Of a stretch of 64,000 bases of DNA, positions 53,221 through 64,000 are shown piece by piece. This DNA comes from Chrysomallon squamiferum. Lineage: Eukaryota > Animalia > Mollusca. The notes under the pieces were generated by a model that was given only the letters and a program-made list of their open reading frames with translations, did not search any database and was not told where the DNA came from. Each line of letters starts with the position of its first letter. The first letter of the stretch is position 1. The stretch lies in contig CM022672.1 in assembly GCA_012295275.1 (NCBI GenBank), forward strand, positions 3,100,001 to 3,164,000. The letters are read 5' to 3'. A program made the translations under genes and the position numbers.

Positions 53221-56200
53221 CAGTGTGAGAGAAAAAAAGAGAGATAGGGAATAAAGATTGAGAGAAATAAAAAATGACTGAGCAATAAAAAAAAAAAAAA
53301 AAAGAAAAAGAAAAAGATATACAAAAAGATAAAAAGGTCAAAAATATCGAGTAAGAAGAGAAGAAAAGAATAAGAAAAAAAGAAAAGGATAAGAAAACAA
53401 ATGAGAGAGATACAAGAAATACAAAGACTGTGGTCATTGAATTTTTTTTTTTTTTCAAATTGTAATTCTGAAAGCAAATTTTGAAAGAAAAGAAAAAGAA
53501 TGATTAAACTGATTGCTTTAAAGAATTAAAAAAAAAAGAAAAAAGAATGTAACAAAAAACAGTGAACAAAGATACAAATGCTGACAAAACCTGTAATCAA
53601 ACCAGTTTTCTTACATGTAATTATGTTTTCAAGTCTTACATTCATTTCTTTCATTTTTTTAGTTTTTTTTAATCATCACCGCTAGTGAGTATACTTGTAC
53701 ACTGAGGAGTAACTGTGAGCAATCATCAACACAAACTGCATATATATTTAATCATTTCTTCTTTTTTATGGTTAAACTATATCCCCAAGCAATAACTTAT
53801 TCTACATTTGGATTAAAATTTAATCTGCAAATAAATCTGAATCAGTCAACATCTCAGTATTTCTTGAAATGTAAATTTAATTCTTATATATAAACACTTT
53901 TTTTTAAATGAAATGTATTTGAATGTAACTGTCATTAATGAATAATCAACCTTTTTTTTCAGATTCATGAATATATTGTATAATTTTTTTTTTACTGTTC
54001 TTGTTTTGTTTATTGCTTATTGCTTACTGCTGATCGGTCTTTGACAATAATAAAGTAATACACTAAAATGAACAGTTTTCAAGAATGTATGGAAAGACTT
54101 GTGTACTTTCTTTCATCAGGGCAAAGTATATAATAATCACTGATATACAATGGAGATATTGAAATTAGGTTTGGTGTGGGCCCTGAAATAATTCCTTCAG
54201 ATTAAATTATATAAAATAATCAAAACACCTTCCCACTGGCTGAAAAACATGGTCATCTTAGGACAATGTTTTAAAGAAAACCACTAACGAGATCAGATAG
54301 GTTCTGCACTAGCAAGATCTAATGCAGTGTTACAATATACACATAAAAATTATAACATTGCAAGTGTATAAAGTTCAATTAATTTGCTATTGTTTTGTTG
54401 CAACCATCATAAATCTACTTCCCATGACAAACAAAAGAAAAATCCATTACCTCCACTTAATTGTAAATAATTAACCAATCTGTCAGAATTACATAATAAT
54501 GAAGTTGTTCAATTGCCAGATCTTAATCTCTCTGAACAGCTATTTTTCCCCCCTCTAACACTACAGCAACTATCAGACACTTCATTTTCCTTTGTTAGTT
54601 CAGCAGTAACAATGAGGATTCTGTTATCTCCAGCTATCACCTAACAAAGGCAAATTAACACCCTGTTGATTTCCATTTAGCAAGCACAATCCAAAAGGAT
54701 TATATACTCATTAGCCAATGAAAGGGAATGTATGGCTAGTGTCAACAGAGCAGGTGTTTTGTAACACTCCAGCTCATTGGTCAGTGTCAACAACACATTC
54801 CAGATGCATAATGAATGTTGGTTTGTTCATTGTAATTATGAAGTAAAAAGTTTTAGTTGTCTTTTTTTTGTCTTTTTGGTGTGATTTTTTCTTTTTCTGT
54901 TTTCTTCAAATTCATTTATTTCTATATAATATTTCATTTGACTGAAATTAATTATTCAGATATTTATTTATTTATTTATTTATTTAACTTCTATATAATA
55001 AATCAGTCAAATGAAATTTGATACATTTTTAAGAATGCTTGAGCCATTATTTATATCTCTGTGTGTGTAAATTTCGATTTTCATTATTCGAACTGCAAAT
55101 GCAATAAATAAATTTTATTATAACAAATATAGGTATATATATAAATTTAAAGATTCAAAAATATCAGTAACTATAACAAAGAGTCAAATTAAAACATTAG
55201 AAAAAAATCAGTATAAACATTATTAGCCTCAACTTTGTTTTTTAACAAGCAAGCTTCTGCTTGTCTTATCTATGTCACTATTAACTATTTCTATGAAATA
55301 CACAACCACAGGATTTAAAAACAAATATATTGCTTCTTCTTTGTTATGTATTATAGCATCTTTGTAATTCAGTAATTTAATAGAAAATGCTTGACAACAT
55401 TTAAAATTGCAACAAGTCCATGAGAACTATGGTAAATTCAGTATTCAAAAAAATATTGATAAAATCACTAAATAAAACATTTCTACTTCTTTCATTACAT
55501 ACATTTAAATTATCCTTATAATTTAGTAACCAAGAAACAGCGTAATATTTTCAGCTCGCAACAGGTCTACGAGGACCGAGGTAAATCGTAACCAATATTG
55601 ATCAGCATTGATTGGATAATTGAACACTCTGGTTTTAAACATTTCTTTCCATTGATCCAATCATTCACAAAGTGCTCACAGTCTCATTTAGCTGAGCATT
55701 TCTCAATACCAACAAGCTGAACCAATACAAACTGCCATCAATGCTGAATTCACAGTGTGTGTTTAAAAGTGATTCTGATTAATAATGATAAAAGAAGAAT
55801 AAAATAAATTTAATATGGAAATATAACTGAATTGATGCATTATGGATTTGCGGTTACAAGCAGTTGTATGTGGATTTATGCAGTGTACACAATGTTTGTT
55901 CATCGATTCTGAAATCAGAATTTGCTGTATGTGTTTAAGAATATTTTTTTCAATCTGTATTGATGTGCCGCATGTAAAATAATACAAATGTGCATCCACT
56001 GTTTATGTACACTGAATGACATATACACATAAATAATATAGGATTATTAATTAACCTAATTTTTTTTTCTTTGTTTTCAAATATCAATATGTATTTCAGA
56101 TTTAAAACCATGTATATATTTATAAAAAAATAAATGAAAATAAAACAACATAAAAAAAAAGTTATTTTTAAACAAAATAATATTTATCTGTTTATCAGTA

Positions 56201-56804
56201 TTTAATAAATACAGAAACTACGGAAGTCGGATATTTAAATAAGTGTGTGTGTTCATTTGTGAGATTTGATACTGCATTAACAGTTCTGAACACTCTGGTA
56301 TTTATTTCTGTATGTAACACAGCAGTGTGTGACATAATGACCTGATTACTTATGTAGGAAACAACTGGTAGTGAAATACAAGATGTAGTTGCCAGCCATT
56401 GTTTGGTATACTGCAGTAATTAAATCAGATACTGTATCTTTTTCTCAGATACATTTGTGTTTTCACTACTGCTTTTACAAGTTCGCTGATATCCATTACA
56501 CTTATTATTAGTAGAACAGTTATATATAAATAAACTTTTTTTTTAAAGAATATTAAATATATTTAATCCAGAATATCATATCTAAAATCAAATATTCACA
56601 GTAATTTCATTTATCCATGGGTGTATTTCCACTGTTTAATTATTAAAGTCTTGTTAACAAAACTTCATCATTAAAGCAAAGAATGGTTATTAAAAGTAGA
56701 ACAAACTTTTTTTTTTTTTTTTAAAAAGAATATTAAATATATTTAAAATAAATAATATTCAACTGTCAAAATTTAACAGTAATTTTTTCATTGTATTTCC
56801 ACTG

Positions 56805-56810
<6 letters not shown>

Positions 56811-56869
<59 letters not shown>

Positions 56870-56881
56870 ATATATATATAT
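56811..56881. repeat. (TA)n microsatellite
   Basis: Direct reading. Confidence 0.97.
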
Positions 56882-57801
56882 TATTTTCTTATTATCAGTA
56901 AGTAATGATGCTGTATCTGAATTTCCAATGCTGTTAAGACATCTTTATCTTTGTGACAGTCAAGCTTTTAATGCTTTAATTGTTTATTTGGGTCAGGAGG
57001 CTTGACACTATATCTGGCTCCATATAGATAAGTGTCTGTGTGTGAGTGAGTGATAACCACATCTAAATAATACTGCTAGCACTTTGATAATACCAGATAC
57101 TTAGCCGTGCTTTATTTTCTCTATTTTTTAAAACAGTATTTGATAAATTCACATGGATAATTATACTTAATTTTTCTGAATTTTTTTAACAATATTTGGT
57201 AAACTTCAACAGTAAATCACACTTAATGTTTCATATTTTTTTAAATCATTACATGATAAACTCTGATAGTTAATCATTCTTAATACTCTTTATTTAAAAA
57301 AAAAAAAAAAAAAGATATTTGACAAACTCAGTTAACCACATATTGTTATGTTTAACTGCATATTTCAACCATCTCCCTTTAAGAACCACTTCTGTTTGTT
57401 ACTAGACTAGGCCTAAGAAATTATGTTTAACTACATATCACATTAGTCAGTTAAGTCTGGTAAATTTCAGACAATAAACCTCCCCCTTTACATGTAACAA
57501 AACAACAAAAAATAAATTACAAATCAACACTGTATTTAAGTCAGAAGTCAAATCTGCTTAAAATTAATTCAAGGGCAAAAGCAGAAATAAACAGTGCAAA
57601 GAGGTATCTCAGTGTTAACATACTGTTTGACATAGTTCAGCAAAACCACTCTAAAAAGTTATGACCGAGGTTTCAGAAAAATGTACAACACTGGTATCAA
57701 CTAAAATTATTACATGAGTATTACTACACTAAATGATTTACAAGTTATGACTGAATTGGCACAGAAATATACAACTTGGTATCAACTAATATTAACTAAC
57801 A

Positions 57802-57809
57802 CGTGGGAA
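57802..57809 (+). promoter_or_regulatory. Consensus CSL/Su(H) site CGTGGGAA, overlapping a CACGTG E-box
   Basis: Exact motif match in intron 1; function untested. Confidence 0.5.
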
Positions 57810-58229
57810 CTGGATAGATTTAAACAGGAAAGCAGAGAGTAACGTAATGTGTTGTTTATTTAATCGGCAGACAACAGCAAATGCCAATTTCTAACATAAA
57901 AATACTACGCCTGAAATTAAAATAATTATAATGTGTAAGTTAGAGTCATGATTTTGAAGAAAAAAAATGAGAATCTGAACAACTATCAGTTCCTGGCTGT
58001 GTAATTTTCAGTAATGAATTATAAATTTTATCATAAAGACAATCTGCTATTTATTTATTCACTTAATTACTTACTTACTCACTCACTCACTTATTTTGTA
58101 GTTTAACTTCCAACAAAACAAATGTAAAACAAAAAAAATGATAAAAAAAAATACCTTAATAAAGTTAAGACTTCTAAATTATTTTATTTTCTTCTCTAAA
58201 ACAAAAACGTAACAGATATCTAAACTGGT

Positions 58230-58268
<39 letters not shown>

Positions 58269-58694
58269 TATATACAAGAATTAATAAATAATAGACTTCC
58301 AAAATGATCAAAAATACAAAGACATTTTTTAATATAATCATATGTTCTTACCTATTCTTTTTTTTAAACTACAACACTTCCAATATAACCATGTTATCTC
58401 TTTCTTATCTTAAAACTAAAGACTTCAACAACAACAACCCCAAAAATCCCATTTCAAACCAATCATCATATTTTTTAATAAAATCAAGATTATCCTTTCA
58501 AAACAATAAAATTAAAAAAATTAAATAAATAAATAAACAGATTTCAAAGCTCTGTCCATGAAATCAACAGGACGCTAGCAAAATAAAGTACTGTAAGTTT
58601 ATACCCCTATCCCATTAGCATGGCTTGGCCACAAAAGATAACATTTGGTGTGCAGAAGTTCTCTGTTGGAGGGCAACAGGTCTGGCTTCTTTAG

Positions 58695-58702
58695 CGTGGG
58701 AA
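58695..58702 (+). promoter_or_regulatory. Consensus CSL/Su(H) site CGTGGGAA in a GC-rich island
   Basis: Exact motif match within a complex, CpG-containing block at 58600-58840. Confidence 0.55.
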
Positions 58703-60994
58703 CGCATGCCAGCTGTCTGAACACAGCGCAAGCCCGCGACCCTCTTTTCAGTCGGAACATCTGCCATCCACCACGCTTCAGTGGAGACACAAGAACAGGG
58801 TGACATCCTCGTTGTCAGATTCGCTCCACTACATTCCTTCACATTATTCTTCTTCTTCCATTCTCTTGACCATGTTACAATTTTTTTTTTTGGTCTACTA
58901 TTTCAGTTTGGGTTTTTAATGAAAATTTGAATGAATAAAAAAAAAAAAAAAAATAATAGAGATATAGGATGATTTAAAAATAATTTTTTGAAAATTGATT
59001 GTTGTAAGCTGATCTGTTACAGTTTCTTATTCAATCTCAGTAGGCTATTGTTTTTCTTTAAAAAAAAAAAATAATATTAATATTAATTTTTAATATAATT
59101 TGTATAAACTGATCTATTAAACATTGTTTGCTACTGGCATGATAGTTTATATATATATTTGATACTTTGCAAGAAAATAATAAAGAAAGGCTGTGCTGTA
59201 TTATCAAAAAAGTTCCAAAAATTCTAATAGATAAAATTAATGTTATTTTATTTTTGTTCTTTTAATTTAATTTTAACTTAGAAATAATAAATCTTCTTCA
59301 TGATATATAAGTAATGAAGGATTCTGAAATTTACTCCACCACTGTTTGACTTCCAAAGAAGAATTTTAATTTTTAGTAATAAAACATCTGTAAAGGATAG
59401 TAGGAAACAGAGAAAGTAGGAAAAACAAACTGTATATAGTCACCACTCTATATCTTCAGCTTTAGTAACTTTAACAGTAAATAAATTGTAATTTACATAA
59501 TATATATATTAAACATTTTTTTTTTTTTTTTTTTAAAGTTTAGAAATTGTTCCTGCCATTTTACTTAATTGCTTTTTCTGGGGGGAACATTTATTTGTAT
59601 TATTTATGTCAGTTTTATTTATCTATTTATGTCAGTTTTATTTATCTACTTATTTTATTTTCAAATTGAAAATCAGTTGTGTTGAGCAAGCAGGTAAATT
59701 TACTTCACACTAATAGAATAAAACAGTGAACATTTACAAGTTTCAACCCCCACTGCTGTTCACCTCAAATAACATTTAGTACTGTTTGAAAGTCAAAAAA
59801 AAATAAAAGAAATTACATTCAATACTGTATAATAAATAATCTTACATAATGTACCTATCCAAGATTCAGTTAGAAACTGCAGATAACTAAATATATATGC
59901 ATATATCAATGATTCAGTTACAAACTACAGTTTATTAATAAGTATATGTATGTATCTATCCTTTATTCATTAACAGATAACTAATAAGTAATAGTATCAA
60001 TCTGTTCACGATTCAGTTCTAACCACAGATAACTAACAAAGCCTATTTCTAACAGAACTACACACACAAGTAGTGGGTACATGTGCGCACCTATGCATGG
60101 TAGAGCAACACATCTACCAGAATGCAGGTAACTATGTAAACCTGCATAAGAGCAGTGAGTAACCAAAACATTATCAGTGGATGACTCACATCTTTCTTCT
60201 TTTTTCTTTTCTCTCTTTGCTATCTTCCAAGTTGGGAAAACAACAATTTTTTTTTCTTCTTCAAATTTCACTTTATTAATTGTCAGCCAAGACAAATTTC
60301 AAAATTAGATTTATTAATATTCTAGAAAATGTGTTCTGAAACAATGAGCCACATCTGTGGGGAAAAAAAAAAAAAAAATTTCAAATGTTACCATTTGTGT
60401 CATGCACAAAAGAAGTGCAGGATATGCATTCAATTCCTGCATTGAAGATGCATGATGTAATTTTCTATTTGCGTATACTGTCAGAGCCTCCGTGAGAAGT
60501 TTTGCAAGGCAGTGTAAGATCCCCTTTGGGGATCCCCAAGGCAGGCAAAGACTTTTTTTTTCTCTCAAAATACTAAGAAAAAGAAGTAAGTGTGGTGTGG
60601 TAAGTGAAGTGATGGTTCTGTATGCGAATGTAAGTGTGTGTCGGGCTGAGGGTAGTAGAAAGTGACTGTTCTCAAGGAGGGGGTGTGGATGTTGCATTGT
60701 TGCTGTGGGGCCATTCTTGGCTCTTGGGCTGGACCCCCCCCTCTCATAGGCCCTGGGTGCTATGATTGTGTTTGGAAGCCTAGTAACTAGTAAATGAAAA
60801 GTGAATCTCAATTTTTATTTGTGTGTGTTTGTGCATGAATGTGCATATGTCACTATGTGTATTAGAGAATTAAATAGCCATTATTTAACTATTGTTGTGT
60901 TATTTATTCTGTAAAATGGATATATATATATAGATATATGCATGAATACCCCCGTAATGTATGTATGTTATATGTGTAGGTGTTTATTAATATG

Positions 60995-60998
<4 letters not shown>

Positions 60999-61061
<63 letters not shown>

Positions 61062-61074
61062 GTTTGTGTGTGTG
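60999..61074. repeat. (TG)n microsatellite
   Basis: Direct reading. Confidence 0.97.
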
Positions 61075-61522
61075 CATGCAAGATATATATTTTGTTTGTA
61101 TTTAAGACTGATGATAAGTCATTTGAAAATGATGGTTAGACTTTTGCCTTCAAGAAACATTTTAACTAAACATTCCACAACACTGGGACAGGGTGAAATT
61201 CTGGGTACATCCTGAACCATATCAAATAATCACTATCCAACACTTTATATCACATATAACACAAATAATCTACTTTGCAGCATTTGGATATGTTTTTCTG
61301 CTGGCTGAAACCTTTGTTTAAATAATGAAACACATCAAAATTAATCATTATATTTAAAATCTGAACATCAAAAAATTCATATTAAAAGAAAAAAAAAGAA
61401 AACTGTTATAAAAGATCAGTTAATTAAACTTTTTAACATTAAAAATATAATCTGTATATCTTTTGTAAAGTGCTTTCTATTCAGAGAAAAGAAATCCGCA
61501 TAATTCAGTACTGGTTAATTCT

Positions 61523-61559
<37 letters not shown>

Positions 61560-61739
61560 TGTCATTAATAGTTCAATATAATATATATGAATTTTAAAAC
61601 TCATAAAAATAAAAATAATAATGTAATACGAAAGTTAATCTGTTAGTGAATTTATAAAAGTTATTTCACCTAGTTACTACTAATATTTATTAAACAACAT
61701 CACTATTTCTCTTCTTAAAAAGAAACAAAAAAACCTGGC

Positions 61740-63145
61740 ATCCCCGATTTATTTTTAGCCAAGCGCGCTCCTGTTAATTTACCGCTATCAGTGGAAAAAA
61801 CGAACAAAGAAAGTTTTGCGTGCAACAAACGCCAAGTTTCTTAAAGTCCCGTTAGAATCTACGCTTTTAAATCTCAAGTAACTGTGTCGTACAAACAATA
61901 TTACACGTGCCATAACGTTTTTTAAAAAAGAAAAACATAGTTATACAAATAACGTTTTAAACGTAAAGCGTTAAATACGAAAAGTTAATGACCCCCTCGA
62001 TGGAGAGATGCCCGTAACGTATTTCTATAGGAATGTCCTCACCTTTTACACTACACACAAGAAACAGAAAAATCGGGATTACGATCCACCGAACACCACA
62101 CTGCATTTCGCACAGAAATAATAATAATCCTCGATCATCAAGTAAAGAACATGTTCAAGTTCCATTAACATTTACTCCACATGGATAACATCCGAGATTT
62201 AAAACATAATAATTCCGAGTGTTGGTCCCACAAAGTATTTCCAACTTCGGTATAGTCCTTATTCCTTCTACAAAGTTTGCTCGTGCCAAATCGCTGTGCC
62301 GCCGGTGTTATTGTATATCCGTCCGCCACTAACGGGTATTCGCTGAAATTAATATAAAACGTAAAGGAAAACAATCTGTAATGTGCGTCTACATTTCCGC
62401 ATCATCTATGAGTCGGGTCTCAAGCTCTACGATCAATTCCACGTCTGATTTAAACGCACAGAGTACGTAAAACGGAAGATAGACAGGGACCTTTATTCTT
62501 GGTAGTGACGCGGATGGATAAAGGAGCGGTGCTGCGGTTTATTTACAGCAGTACGTCGAGGCGGCGGGCTGCGCTCATTGAACGAGGCGGTGCTATTTTT
62601 CCTACGAGTCACACTGTTGGGCACACGACTCAAGCGCGGTCGCTTGCTTCTCTATGGAGGCACGGGTTCGATGAAATGTCATTCTTTTTATTATTTTTCC
62701 TCACAAAGAACCACGTGCGACGTAAACGACACAGTAAAATCTGGGCTTGGCGTGAGCTGGGTGAATTCTGAAAAAGCATTGAAAATAATCAAAACAAATT
62801 TTAGAAAATAAATCGGCTACCTGCAAATACTCGGTGGTTTTATTGTAAAATGTTTCTGAATAGGTTCCAGTTTCCTCTTCTTTTTTCTTTTTTTTTAAAT
62901 TTCCCTCTCGCGTCCTTCCTTCCTTTCTTATGTAATATATACCTTTACAATCGTTAATAGCAAATTTGTCAGCTAATCGAATATAAATTAGATTCAGTGG
63001 TAATTATTATTTAGTTTGTGATGGAGTGATGTCTGAGTACGTTCATCTCAGTACATTTTGTGCGTGCGCGCGTTTGTGTGTGGAAGTATGTTTGTGTGTA
63101 TGTCCGTGCTTTAATTTTGTTTTCCTCGCCTTTGTTTGTTTTGGT

Positions 63146-63183
<38 letters not shown>

Positions 63184-63560
63184 CATGTTTCCTGAATAAA
63201 GGTTTTCTTACTTGTTTATTATTTATGCTCACGCGCGGGCTGTTTTTTAATATCGTACAATTTGGCACTTTTGTGTACCCGGACGAGTGGAACACACGGC
63301 TGCGGAACATGAACGCTGTGAACTTGATAGTCATTCCTTTTTAGTCACAACAGGTGTCATGATTTGAATTTCTGCTTTACCTCTGTGTAATTATATCTTT
63401 GTCCGGTGGTCAGCGCTATTTCTTTATTTCTTAAAATGAAACGGTAAAAGTAAAACAGAGCCATATATTGTAGTGTACCAAACAGATAAATATACATGCG
63501 TATGGATGGGATGGATGAATGGATGAATATGTGAATGTTGGACGAGTTTAGAGAGGCAGA
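61740..63560 (-). promoter_or_regulatory. CpG-rich promoter / 5'UTR region of Notch
   Basis: CpG frequency rises sharply around and upstream of the start codon compared with the CpG-poor introns. Contains CACGTG (61905, 62712), CACGCG (63230) and CGGAAG (62473). The transcription start cannot be determined. Confidence 0.75.
62043..62106 (-). CDS. Notch: Notch receptor coding exon 1: start codon and signal peptide (MQCGVRWIVIPIFLFLVCSVK-G)
   Basis: ATG at 62106 has a purine at -3 and an in-frame upstream TGA. It is followed by a hydrophobic core and the donor AAG|GTGAG. The phase-1 end fits the next exon. The exon lies in the CpG-rich region and is not in the ORF track. Confidence 0.88.
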
Positions 63561-63908
63561 TAGAAAGAAAGAGAGACAGATAGAGCGACAGACTGATAGA
63601 TACACACACTGATAGATAAATGCATAGATATATAGAAAGATAGGTAGAAAAATAGAAATAATTTATTCCGTTTTCTTTACATAAGCTTTCTGTGAGTGCG
63701 TGCTCGTGTTTATGTGTGAAACTGCTTTTATGAATTTTTATTATATTTCCACCATTATGCACGTCTCTTCCTAAAAGTCTGCAGTGTGCAAGAAATCATT
63801 AAGTAATTTATCCTGTTGGCACCAGCGTGCGAAGGTGTCACTTCGCTTTGATCTATTGTTCAGTGTAAACATTTCCTATTACGGCAAAGTAATACATACC
63901 TCTTTTTA

Positions 63909-63957
<49 letters not shown>

Positions 63958-64000
63958 TCTTTATATATATTTTTTTTTCTGTCTTATTTTCATTTGTTAC

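Larger units (their letters stand above)
52450..62042 (-). other. Notch intron 1 (9,593 nt)
   Basis: GT..AG between exons 1 and 2, phase 1. Confidence 0.85.

Noticed and set aside
62817-62823. CAGGTAG (Zelda-type motif) near the promoter
   Set aside because: Single occurrence, and there is no evidence the organism has Zelda.

Overview
This is AT-rich, microsatellite-laden animal genomic DNA, probably from an invertebrate; the taxon cannot be fixed from the sequence. Nearly the whole window is the 5' part of one minus-strand Notch receptor gene. I reconstructed seven coding exons by hand (64, 79, 137, 135, 205, 134 and 123 nt; 877 nt in total). All junctions are GT-AG and phase-compatible. 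They encode a signal peptide and EGF repeats 1-7, and the gene continues past position 1. Introns 1, 2 and 6 are large (9.6, 20.1 and 29.2 kb). A CpG-rich promoter/first-exon region lies at about 61.7-63.6 kb. Almost all ORFs in the supplied track are repeat artefacts. The most interesting unexplained signals are: (i) three sense-strand composite splice signals in the long introns, namely a recursive-splicing-like polyY-CAG|GTAAGT and candidate 2-nt and 4-nt microexons; (ii) many CSL/Su(H) sites suggesting autoregulation, plus dense CAGGT(G/A) clusters; (iii) seven out-of-frame upstream ATGs, including a uORF that overlaps the Notch start; (iv) an abrupt switch in CpG content between neighbouring exons; (v) an inverted pair of tRNA/SINE-like heads. 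All motif counts come from a manual scan and need computational and RNA confirmation.
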